DNA of 64,000 nt from a virus. Taxonomy: Duplodnaviria > Caudoviricetes. The notes beneath the pieces are model-generated. The model was not told where the DNA came from. It saw nothing but the letters and a program-made list of their open reading frames with translations, and made no database searches. Positions 9,357 through 17,254 of this stretch are shown here, in pieces. Location of the stretch: positions 1-64,000 of IMG/VR virus record IMGVR_UViG_3300006752_000019; one strand, 5' to 3'. The position numbers and the translations under genes are program-made. Every line of letters starts with the position of its first letter. Within the stretch, counting starts at the first letter, position 1.

Positions 9357-10046
9357 TTAACGCTTTCTTCGAAGAAGGAGTAGTGTGCCGATACCTCCAA
9401 GCAGCATGGCACTTGGTTCGGGAATGCTGTTTGCAGCCAAGTCCACATGAAAAGCTCTGTCAGTTCCAGTGTATGCGTTAATGGTTGATGCGCCATCAGC
9501 GAAACTATAACGATAGCCGCCAGCATAAACATCTGATCGGTTGTAGTTTGTATATGGAATACCATTTTTCCAAGAACCTGCTCCTGTCATTTCCAAGTCG
9601 ATACCATACATTGTATTGGCATCAAGCAAGTCAAATGGGTATTGAGTGTCAAACCCTACTGTCATCCAATCTCCTTGTGACCAAGTTGCTCCTGAAATAC
9701 TAATACCTCTTTGCATGTAGATCGTGTTGACATTGATGTTGTCAGGATCAATCTCTACAAGACGAAGATTAAACGTAAAGTTTTGTGTTTTTGGAGAACC
9801 GTCACTATTAAATTGTGACGAGCTATTCAATTGAAAAGAAACAGAGTTAACGGTATAACCGCTGGCATCGTTACCTGTGGTAAATGACTGCCCGATATTC
9901 AGGGTGTCAGCATAAAATTTGTCGTTACGATCATATACAGAATTGAAAATATCATCGTTGTTTACGTCAGGAGCGGCTGACTGAAAGGTAACTGCGCCAG
10001 AGGCGAAACCTGTGATTGCAAGTAGGGTTAGGATTGTATTTTTCAT
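9357..10046 (-). CDS. PEP-CTERM sorting-domain surface protein 2
   Basis: Signal peptide MKNTILTLLAITGFASGA; C-terminus IPEPSAMLLGGIGTLLLLRRKR. Confidence 0.9.
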   Translation of the reverse strand: MKNTILTLLAITGFASGAVTFQSAAPDVNNDDIFNSVYDRNDKFYADTLNIGQSFTTGNDASGYTVNSVSFQLNSSSQFNSDGSPKTQNFTFNLRLVEIDPDNINVNTIYMQRGISISGATWSQGDWMTVGFDTQYPFDLLDANTMYGIDLEMTGAGSWKNGIPYTNYNRSDVYAGGYRYSFADGASTINAYTGTDRAFHVDLAANSIPEPSAMLLGGIGTLLLLRRKR

Positions 10047-10360
10047 CTTATATTAACTTCTGTAGTAGGTTTAGGGTTAATTATCTGTTGTTCTCTAATG
10101 AACTTCAGCAATTCTTGTGGTATGAGTTTTTTGTATATATCTTCGTCTACTTTGAGTCTATAGATTACACATGCATCACACAGTTTGTCGGGTGATTTTC
10201 TGCATACTCTATATTCTACGAACTTTTGAGTGTTTTCGCAAGTTTTTTCTTTGCAGGTTTTGCAAATTTTTACTATACCAATTCTTTCAACGTAGTAAGT
10301 TTCTGCTGATGCTTGTGAGCAGAATATCAGCGCGGCTATTGCGAGTAAAGCTTTTTTCAT
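10043..10360 (-). CDS. Secreted Cys-rich protein
   Basis: Signal peptide ending SQASA; two CxxC plus two single Cys in the mature part. Confidence 0.65.
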   Translation of the reverse strand: MKKALLAIAALIFCSQASAETYYVERIGIVKICKTCKEKTCENTQKFVEYRVCRKSPDKLCDACVIYRLKVDEDIYKKLIPQELLKFIREQQIINPKPTTEVNIR

Positions 10361-10611
10361 GATTGGTAAAAGGTAATGTCTCCGTTTTCTTCTATCTTTT
10401 TATCTTCGTAAGGAGCAACCTTGCGGCGATAAAATTCTTGTTGAATGCCTTGAAGTGCGCCCATTACATCGTTGCAGGTTTGGTAGTTCAAGCCATTGGT
10501 TTCAACGTATTCCTCAATAAACAAATGAATCTGATAATTCAATTGACCTGCGGTTACTGGAGTGCAACCTTCAGCAATTGATAATCTTTCGTGTTCTGGA
10601 ATGTATGGCAT
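10357..10611 (-). CDS. Conserved small phage protein (DUF6899-like)
   Basis: MPYI...GQLNY.I...MGAL.G...EFYRRKVAPYEDKKI.ENGD, recognised as a widespread phage family. Confidence 0.7.
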   Translation of the reverse strand: MPYIPEHERLSIAEGCTPVTAGQLNYQIHLFIEEYVETNGLNYQTCNDVMGALQGIQQEFYRRKVAPYEDKKIEENGDITFYQS

Positions 10612-10648
10612 ATTATTATGTTAATGAATTTTTGTCTTTTTGTCAAGC

Positions 10649-10756
10649 TTATTTGTCTTCGTCTTTTTCAAATAGTTCTAAAATTCCGTAAATCAAAGCA
10701 CAAACACATGGAAACGCCATTATAAATAGTAAAAAAACTGACAGATTTTCAACCAT
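10649..10756 (-). CDS. Small single-pass membrane peptide, 35 aa
   Basis: Hand-translated MVENLSVFLLFIMAFPCVCALIYGILELFEKDEDK; TAATG coupling. Confidence 0.45.
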   Translation of the reverse strand: MVENLSVFLLFIMAFPCVCALIYGILELFEKDEDK

Positions 10757-10980
10757 TATTGTGTTTCGTTTGTATTTGAAAACTGTTCGCAATAGGCATC
10801 TGCAAACTTGGCGGTTACAATTTCAACCCAATAAGATGGCCAGCCGTCTACGACTTCAATGGCTACGCTGCAAAAATCATAAGGAAGATTTCCTGTTTTT
10901 CTCAAATAAGCAAAAGCTTTTATATGTTCTTCGTTATGCACATCAAAGTATTCAACAATATTCATTGTCTTTATTGTCAA
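10756..10980 (-). CDS. Hypothetical protein
   Basis: ORF track. Confidence 0.55.
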   Translation of the reverse strand: MTIKTMNIVEYFDVHNEEHIKAFAYLRKTGNLPYDFCSVAIEVVDGWPSYWVEIVTAKFADAYCEQFSNTNETQ

Positions 10981-11007
10981 TACATTGAATCAAATGTCAA
11001 TAGAAAA

Positions 11008-11013
11008 GTGTAA
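11008..11013 (+). promoter_or_regulatory. GTGTAA motif, putative late promoter (representative of 11 sites)
   Basis: 8 nt before ATG 11022; the same motif and spacing occur upstream of many structural/lysis genes. Confidence 0.6.
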
Positions 11014-11021
11014 TAAAAAAT

Positions 11022-11618
11022 ATGACGACTTATGAAGATATTCGCAATGAGTTAAAAACTGGAGATATTGTTTTATTCAGTGGAAAAGGTTTTATTAGCT
11101 GGGTAATTAAAAAGGTTACAAAAAACGAATATTCTCATGTTGGAATGATTATTAGAATTGATGGGTTTGATTTTGTAGCACTTTGGGAATCCACCACTCT
11201 AAGTGATGTTCCTGATATCTGGCATAAGAAAAAGAAGGGTGTGCAAATTGTTCAGCTCAGTAAGCGACTCGAAAACTATAATGGAAAAGTTTCTGTTCGT
11301 TTGTTGCAAGATTTTACCATTGGGTTAGAACAAGAAGCTATTATCGCTAATTTGCGCCACGAAGTAAATGGTCTTCCATACGAAAAAAACTGGTGGAGTT
11401 TGGCTAAGTCTGCTCTTGATCGCACAAAACTAGGAAAAAACAAAAAGCAGGATTTGAGTAGTTTGTTTTGTAGTGAGCTAGTGGCCGAAGCTTATATGCG
11501 TCTTGGACTAATCGAGAATAACCAAGTATCTAGCGAATACACTCCAGCAGACTTTTCCGAAAAAGGCGGCTTGCAGCTTATCAAGGGTAAGCTTGGGCCA
11601 GAAATCATTATAAAATAA
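11022..11618 (+). CDS. Permuted papain-like amidase (YaeF/YiiX, NlpC/P60 superfamily)
   Basis: LKTGDIVLF, YSHVG (His before Cys), FCSELVAEAY. Confidence 0.85.
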   Translation: MTTYEDIRNELKTGDIVLFSGKGFISWVIKKVTKNEYSHVGMIIRIDGFDFVALWESTTLSDVPDIWHKKKKGVQIVQLSKRLENYNGKVSVRLLQDFTIGLEQEAIIANLRHEVNGLPYEKNWWSLAKSALDRTKLGKNKKQDLSSLFCSELVAEAYMRLGLIENNQVSSEYTPADFSEKGGLQLIKGKLGPEIIIK

Positions 11619-11655
11619 TAATTAATTATAAAAACCAGTAACACACCAAATTATT

Positions 11656-11928
11656 ATGAGGCTGACACAAAACGCAATTCACACAAACTTTTCTACAGAT
11701 TATCAAACTTGGATTAATTTTCGAGCCGAAGTTATTGGTCAATACGATCAATTAAGAGATGATGACTTTAATGATCACTTAGCAAGAGAGTTTAATAAGA
11801 AAATTGATGAATTGGGTCTATCGGAAGATTTGCTCCTAACTCCGCATGATGCAGGTTTTAGATATATTGGTGTGGGTGTTTTCGGGGATGATAGTTTTAC
11901 TTATACTTTTGATTTGACGCTTTCTTAA
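11656..11928 (+). CDS. Hypothetical protein
   Basis: ORF track. Confidence 0.55.
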   Translation: MRLTQNAIHTNFSTDYQTWINFRAEVIGQYDQLRDDDFNDHLAREFNKKIDELGLSEDLLLTPHDAGFRYIGVGVFGDDSFTYTFDLTLS

Positions 11929-11971
11929 TTTTTGCGTGATTTAATTGTAATTAATATGTGTAAAAATTAAT

Positions 11972-12760
11972 ATGCCACAACAAAACCCAAATATATCACA
12001 AAAGTCCACAGGGGATACCCTGACTGCCGCAGAATTTAATATTTTGGTGAATACTGTTAGCGGTAACGCTACAGATGCACAAAATCGTTTTGTTGATGCG
12101 GTCGGTGGTTATGAATTCACCGCAGCATTCTCTGATAGGCTCAATGGACAAGCAGGAGCAAACGATGTAGGTGAATTTGTCCAATACACCCAAGCAATGT
12201 CTAATTCAGGACAATGGATGCGTTTTGGTTTTTCTAGTGCCTCTCAAGCTGCTAACGATGTGCCTTATTGGACTAATCCTGCGCCAGCAGATGCTTCTGG
12301 AATAGGGTTGTTTGGTGGTGCATATATGCCAGAGGGTGTTTCTAGTATGTTTGACTTTGACTTTTCTCAGGCTTCATATACTGATGCTATCAATACTGGT
12401 AGTTTCCAATATACAGAGGCTTCGGGGTCTTATGATTTTTCCCAGTGTAAAGCAGGAGATTTAGCTCTTATAAGATTTGACTTTAATGTTATACCTCAAT
12501 TTGCTAATACAACTCTAGAGGTAGGTTTGATATGGCAAACAAGGGATACTGAAGGAAATCCTACATTTACATTTCCGCTGACTACCCAACCTATATTTTT
12601 TGGAGAAGGAACGGTAGGCAGCACTTATTTGAATAGACCAATTATATCTGCTTATTTTGCATCTAATGAAGATGTAAATGCTGTTGCTTTACCTGCTATA
12701 CGAGCTAATAATCAGATTCAGGTCGCTCCCCTTACAACTCTAGCAACTATTCAACGATAA
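11972..12760 (+). CDS. Probable virion structural protein
   Basis: N-terminal KSTGDTLTAAEFN.LV motif typical of fibre/baseplate N-termini; beta-rich; GTGTAA upstream. Confidence 0.6.
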   Translation: MPQQNPNISQKSTGDTLTAAEFNILVNTVSGNATDAQNRFVDAVGGYEFTAAFSDRLNGQAGANDVGEFVQYTQAMSNSGQWMRFGFSSASQAANDVPYWTNPAPADASGIGLFGGAYMPEGVSSMFDFDFSQASYTDAINTGSFQYTEASGSYDFSQCKAGDLALIRFDFNVIPQFANTTLEVGLIWQTRDTEGNPTFTFPLTTQPIFFGEGTVGSTYLNRPIISAYFASNEDVNAVALPAIRANNQIQVAPLTTLATIQR

Positions 12761-14334
12761 TGGCAATACAAGTAATTCGCAATGACGCTGGAAACTGCGT
12801 CAACTTTTTAGGAAGTTCTAATCCCGTTTATTGGAACGCATGTCTCAGCGCAGAAGTAGATAGCACTTATTCTAATCGAATAAATGTTATCAATGATATA
12901 CGCACAATAATTGAAGGAGAGAATGTATACGAGTTCTTTCAGGTTCCGTATAATGACTTTGCTCAAGCAGATGGCACGGCTTTTTCATCGGCTACAGAAG
13001 CTGCTACTTACATTACAGCACAATGCAATGTAGCCAGTAATACTGGTTCTTTTGTTTTGTCTGCTACAGATAGTCTGGACTTCTCGATAGACAATACTAG
13101 CACCACAATATTGCTCGCCAATGGAGATGCTTATGCGGTTAATTCTATTCAAGCTGTAGCAAACGATGATAACCATATAAATATCGTTAAACATACCTCT
13201 GGAACAGTTTTATACAAGGATCTAAGAGTAGCTAATGCGAATATCAATGGAGCTACTGTAACTCAGGTCTTGGCAACAGCGGTAAATGAACTTAACAGCT
13301 TGTTTACCAACACAGCCTCTGTCTCTGGAGCTGTTCCGTCAATTACATCTAATACAACGATTAATCTCACTGAAGGGGATACTCTAAATTACGAACTCAC
13401 TGCCACAAATGGAGTGGCATACGAGTGGTCGGGCTTGCCTAGCGGCGTAACCACTGTTGATGGGAATATACGCAAACTAATCGGTGGATCATCTCTTGCT
13501 GTTGGGTCTTATTCAATAATCGCTAAAGCAATCAACTACTATGGCCAAGATTCTGAAACTATCACATTGAACGTGTCTGCTCCTCCTTATTCCAATACCA
13601 AAAGTATTGAATTTGAGAGTCAAGATTATCTAGGTGCTAATGCAGCCCTTCTGGACAGTGTTTTGGGACGTTCTGGAAATGGAGCTGGAAGTGGAGATGC
13701 GTGGACACTTCATATCTGGTATAAGCCCGATAACTTTACAGGAGGTCAGACTATGTTTTACTTCGGAGATGCAGATACCACTAATAGTGGACACTTAGAA
13801 CTCCGAACAACAACCACTGGAAACTTGAGATTTACATATGGCTCTAATAACAATTATGTCAGGAGAACCACTAATAATCAACCACTGACTACAGGGACTT
13901 GGCATAATATTATTATTACATATGACGGTGGCACTACTGGAGCGTCTTCTGCTGATGTTTCAGACTATTATAGTCGCTTTAATATTTATATTGATGGAAG
14001 TGCTGCCAGCCTAACAAATAGTCATGGTAACTACGGTTGGTCTGGTCAGATTGACGGAGAAAACCTTCGTGTAGGCCGCTATGCAAGTGGCAACTATATC
14101 AATGGCGGTCGCGTGGACGAGATTGCTATATGGGACTCAGATCAAACATCTAATATATCTTTGATCTATAACTCAGGAACTACACATGACTTGTCTCAAT
14201 TATCCGCTGGCCCTGCTCATTGGTGGCGCATGGGTGACGGAGATACATATTCCAATATACAAGACAATGTAGGGAGTGCTGTTTTCGTCATGTATAATAT
14301 GACCGCAGCTAACATCGTTACAGATGCCCCTTAA
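12760..14334 (+). CDS. Probable virion adhesin with Ig-like and LamG/ConA-like domains
   Basis: Ig-like segment (SGLPSGVT..GSYSI...A.N..G) and LamG motifs (WHNIIITYD, IYIDG, GRVDEIAIWD, HWWRM). Confidence 0.7.
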   Translation: MAIQVIRNDAGNCVNFLGSSNPVYWNACLSAEVDSTYSNRINVINDIRTIIEGENVYEFFQVPYNDFAQADGTAFSSATEAATYITAQCNVASNTGSFVLSATDSLDFSIDNTSTTILLANGDAYAVNSIQAVANDDNHINIVKHTSGTVLYKDLRVANANINGATVTQVLATAVNELNSLFTNTASVSGAVPSITSNTTINLTEGDTLNYELTATNGVAYEWSGLPSGVTTVDGNIRKLIGGSSLAVGSYSIIAKAINYYGQDSETITLNVSAPPYSNTKSIEFESQDYLGANAALLDSVLGRSGNGAGSGDAWTLHIWYKPDNFTGGQTMFYFGDADTTNSGHLELRTTTTGNLRFTYGSNNNYVRRTTNNQPLTTGTWHNIIITYDGGTTGASSADVSDYYSRFNIYIDGSAASLTNSHGNYGWSGQIDGENLRVGRYASGNYINGGRVDEIAIWDSDQTSNISLIYNSGTTHDLSQLSAGPAHWWRMGDGDTYSNIQDNVGSAVFVMYNMTAANIVTDAP

Positions 14335-14335
14335 T

Positions 14336-15172
14336 TTAAGAGTGTAAAGCAATACTAAAGTCGGCATTAACAGAACCGTTATTGCCATTAGCATTAACAA
14401 CATTTATCAAAACATCTGTTTTTGGTGGTAAAATAAAAGGATTTACTAGTGTTTGAACGTGAGAATTTTCTGTTGTAATCGAAGTTACTTCTTTTACTCT
14501 AAACACCTTTCCGTATTCTCTTGTTTTCAAATGAAGAGTGTATCCGATACTAGAAGAGCTTTGAGTATTTTGCGCCGAAGCTTCGTATTGCAGTAGATAG
14601 CCTGTTGTGTTTTCTGGTATTGTGTAAACAGCCATCAAGGTTTGGTTGTTCGATCCTAGTATTTTTGCATAGGAAAGGCTGTCGTCCCCATTCGCATGAA
14701 TATTAATATCTCCTGCAAAATCAGTATTGTCGTTATTGAATGACCTGAAGATTCTAGACCAAGTTCCATCCACGTTTACGTCAGTTAGTCCATTTAAGCT
14801 ACCTGTCCAGCTAACCTCGTTAAAGTTTTCATCTAAACCTTGAATAATGATTTCTTGAGAATCTCCGCTATCATCTGATTTGACTTGAATGCCCGTTCCA
14901 ATATCAGGCGGGAAAACATATTCTGTAGATCCATCCCAAATCGTTTCTGGAGAAGCAACGCTAACACCATTGCTTATATTTGGATTTGACCCAAATTTGA
15001 AAATTCTATCGCTAGCCTTTGCAGATACGCTATCAGAGTAAGACCCTATATCGCCAACCTCCATTGGTCGCCAATAACCACTTGCAGAATCCCAAATGTA
15101 ATTAAATGGTATATTGTGGTTTCTATTAGGAGAAACTCCAAAAGCGTCAGTGAATGTTGGTTGATTGTTCAT
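14336..15172 (-). CDS. Probable virion-associated protein
   Basis: Beta-rich; KFG.NP....ETIW motif; GTGTAA upstream. Confidence 0.55.
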   Translation of the reverse strand: MNNQPTFTDAFGVSPNRNHNIPFNYIWDSASGYWRPMEVGDIGSYSDSVSAKASDRIFKFGSNPNISNGVSVASPETIWDGSTEYVFPPDIGTGIQVKSDDSGDSQEIIIQGLDENFNEVSWTGSLNGLTDVNVDGTWSRIFRSFNNDNTDFAGDINIHANGDDSLSYAKILGSNNQTLMAVYTIPENTTGYLLQYEASAQNTQSSSSIGYTLHLKTREYGKVFRVKEVTSITTENSHVQTLVNPFILPPKTDVLINVVNANGNNGSVNADFSIALHS

Positions 15173-15193
15173 AATTGTTATTACACTTCAAGA

Positions 15194-15550
15194 CTATTTA
15201 TTTTTATCTGGAAGGTGTCTTTCCTGCAAGCGTTCATAAACACGCTTAGAATCTTCAACTACATTAGGGTTACAATTCTTAAACCAACCAAGATGTCCAA
15301 CCAACAAATGACAATCAATACCCTTTTTCTTTACTCGACAAAGAGTAATAAGGTTTGATTCTTCCAGTTCTAGCTCAGGGTGGGAATGAAATGGTTTAAT
15401 GTGGTGAACTTGTAGTTTCTTATTGCCGCCGCAACAAGCGCATACAGGATTTTTTTCCAGAAAAGCATCGCGCACTTTTGGCCATTTTGAGGATCTTTTT
15501 GCGGAAAGCGGGGCTTTTCCTTGCCATGCATCTGTAATTCTTTCAATCAT
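15194..15550 (-). CDS. Small HNH endonuclease
   Basis: CACCG, VHHIKP, NLITLC, CHLLVGH. Confidence 0.85.
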   Translation of the reverse strand: MIERITDAWQGKAPLSAKRSSKWPKVRDAFLEKNPVCACCGGNKKLQVHHIKPFHSHPELELEESNLITLCRVKKKGIDCHLLVGHLGWFKNCNPNVVEDSKRVYERLQERHLPDKNK

Positions 15551-15565
15551 GTTATATTTTTACAC

Positions 15566-15603
15566 AAAAAAAGACCCCTCCCCCGCTTTTGCGGGAGAGG
15601 GGT
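15566..15603 (-). terminator. Rho-independent terminator
   Basis: 13-bp GC-rich stem with a U-G wobble only on the minus strand, AAAA loop, then 7 U. Confidence 0.85.
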
Positions 15604-15665
15604 TGTAACACTCCCCGAATTACGCATGGCGATCCGCTAGATCGAAGAGGCGCGGGGAGTCAAAA

Positions 15666-16208
15666 TTAAATATCTTCAGGGCTGGCTTCATAACCCAATA
15701 TGCCTTTGATTTGACCATCTGTATTTTTCAAAAGCATCTTACGAACATAAACAACTTCACCGTCTGGCAATTTTTCTTCAAAGGTTTGCGCTTTTCCAGA
15801 AGCCCATACAAGAAGATCGTTGGCTTTGAAGCCTTCTGCGATTTCTTTTGGCCAGCCAACTTCTAAATCAGTCTTTCCAATGTAATCGGCGCGAGTAATG
15901 CCATAAGTCATTGCATAATGTTCGTTGACTTCCAGCATACGAAACTCGATACTATCATCGCTGTTGGTTTCAGCAATCTTGATCCAAGCTGGGCTATCAA
16001 AGCCATGAATAATGTAAGATACTGTGCCGTTTAGTTTTCGAACACTCATATCTGTATGGTTTTTTACTCCTCTTTCAGCTCTGTCGATTTTCTTTTGAAC
16101 GTCTCTCTGAATCTTTGCGTATGCTGCCGCTAAACCACCAAACAGAACAATCAATTGAGATACGCCTAAAATGATCAATTCTTTGATTTGTTCAAACGTC
16201 AGTTCCAT
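15666..16208 (-). CDS. Membrane-anchored stand-alone PAS-domain protein
   Basis: TM segment LIILGVSQLIVLFGGLAAAY, helical linker, PAS pattern WIK...VN..Y...G.....IGKTD.E...E.A..F...D..V..SG...EE...DG.I.G.LG. Confidence 0.75.
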   Translation of the reverse strand: MELTFEQIKELIILGVSQLIVLFGGLAAAYAKIQRDVQKKIDRAERGVKNHTDMSVRKLNGTVSYIIHGFDSPAWIKIAETNSDDSIEFRMLEVNEHYAMTYGITRADYIGKTDLEVGWPKEIAEGFKANDLLVWASGKAQTFEEKLPDGEVVYVRKMLLKNTDGQIKGILGYEASPEDI

Positions 16209-16287
16209 ACAATTGTTTACACAAAATCCTTTTAAAATCAATAAAAAACAAAGGAAAGAAAGAAAATTTTCAGTCTCTAGTTTGAGA

Positions 16288-16362
16288 TGGTGACTCCACC
16301 AAGAATCGAACTTGGAATACAGGTTTAGAAGACCCGTGTTATATCCGTTTAACTATAGAGCC
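16288..16362 (-). tRNA. tRNA-Arg(UCU)
   Basis: Full cloverleaf, anticodon loop CT-TCT-AA, encoded CCA. Confidence 0.95.
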
Positions 16363-16367
16363 TTAAA

Positions 16368-16440
16368 AGGTCACTGTCAGACTTGAACTGACGACCTGAG
16401 CATTACAAATGCCCTGCTCTACCAACTGAGCTAAGTGACC
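16368..16440 (-). tRNA. tRNA-Thr(UGU)
   Basis: Full cloverleaf, anticodon loop TT-TGT-AA; CCA not encoded. Confidence 0.93.
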
Positions 16441-16449
16441 ATGAAATAA

Positions 16450-16552
16450 TGTTGAGGTGGGATTCGAACCCACATTTATCGCCTTGACTAGAGAGGACTT
16501 GAACCTCATAAATCCATATTTCTATGGTGCGTTACCGTTGCGCCACTCAACA
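16450..16552 (-). ncRNA. Atypical tRNA-like RNA (4-nt anticodon loop, two T-arms)
   Basis: Acceptor TGTTGAG/CTCAACA, D-stem GCG/CGC, CCATA-GAAA-TATGG, insert ATTTAT...ATAAAT containing GAGG-TTCAAGT-CCTC, T-arm GTGGG-TTCGAAT-CCCAC. Confidence 0.7.
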
Positions 16553-16567
16553 AAACTTTATATAAAA

Positions 16568-16641
16568 TGGTGCGATCATAGAGATTCGAACTCTAACGAC
16601 TGACTTGGAAGGACAGGATGCTACCGTTACATCATGATCGC
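16568..16641 (-). tRNA. tRNA-Gly(UCC)
   Basis: Cloverleaf, anticodon loop CT-TCC-AA, encoded CCA. Confidence 0.95.
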
Positions 16642-16649
16642 TGGAAAAT

Positions 16650-16972
16650 TGCGGAGGATGGCTTTCCCAAGCCAGAGCCTCCTATTGTATGTGTTATTAG
16701 GCGTATCAGCCTCGCCGCTTTTAGATCAAGCAGACCACTACACAATTATCGCCATCCTGTAGCCAAGCAGTCGGATCAACCATTTTGGCTGGTTTCGAAG
16801 CCCTCATTTTTACTTCTTGAGTCGAAGGGGAGAATCTGCGAGTTAATAGGTATAAATAGCTATCTCTACGTCCATAGGACTTAATTGGGACTCGCGGCTC
16901 CAATAATTTTTTGTTCTGCATAGGTTAGCGTTTTAAGAATAACACAGCACGTTACTCCCTACCGAACAAAAA
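16650..16972 (-). ncRNA. Candidate structured non-coding RNA inside the tRNA cluster
   Basis: Several nested stems found by eye; no convincing ORF; flanked by tRNAs. Confidence 0.35.
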
Positions 16973-16973
16973 T

Positions 16974-17048
16974 TGGTATTCCCACGGGTAATCGAAACCC
17001 GATCTTTTGGTTGAAAACCAAATGTCCTGACCTTTAGACGATGGGAAC
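16974..17048 (-). tRNA. tRNA-Glu(UUC)
   Basis: Cloverleaf, anticodon loop TT-TTC-AA, encoded CCA. Confidence 0.95.
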
Positions 17049-17198
17049 ATTATATTCTAAAACGAAAACATCATTAATGCCCTCATTTTAAAACATATAC
17101 TTCTAAAATTATTAGGCGCTCTCTCTTAGAGTATCATCGCAACCCCCATTTTGGTCTTTCCGTTTCTGGATTTCGGATTCCTTCTTTATTGTTTAAGC

Positions 17199-17227
17199 AC
17201 TATATCGCGCCTTGTGAAAACTGTCAA
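17199..17227 (-). promoter_or_regulatory. Sigma70-like promoter likely driving the tRNA cluster
   Basis: TTGACA-17-TATAGT about 150 nt upstream of tRNA-Glu. Confidence 0.6.
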
Positions 17228-17254
17228 CAAAAAAGCCCAAAAAAATATTCAACA

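Noticed and set aside
16485-16497. Amber-suppressor anticodon (CT-CTA-G) in the atypical tRNA
   Set aside because: Only a 3-bp stem, not at the anticodon position, and mutually exclusive with the better T-like hairpin; ORFs show no sign of TAG recoding.
16645-16745. Group I intron (AAATTGCGG, CAGACCACTAC) or fluoride riboswitch resemblance
   Set aside because: The intron-like words are on the strand opposite the tRNAs with no P7 partner or split exon; spacing does not fit the fluoride motif.
16650-16905. tmRNA (possible resume codon GCA GAT TCT... giving ADSPLRLKK*, and 3' CCTCC)
   Set aside because: No G3-U70 acceptor pairing with a GGGG 5' end, no TTCRA T-loop, no CCA end, and the tag does not end in hydrophobic/AA residues.
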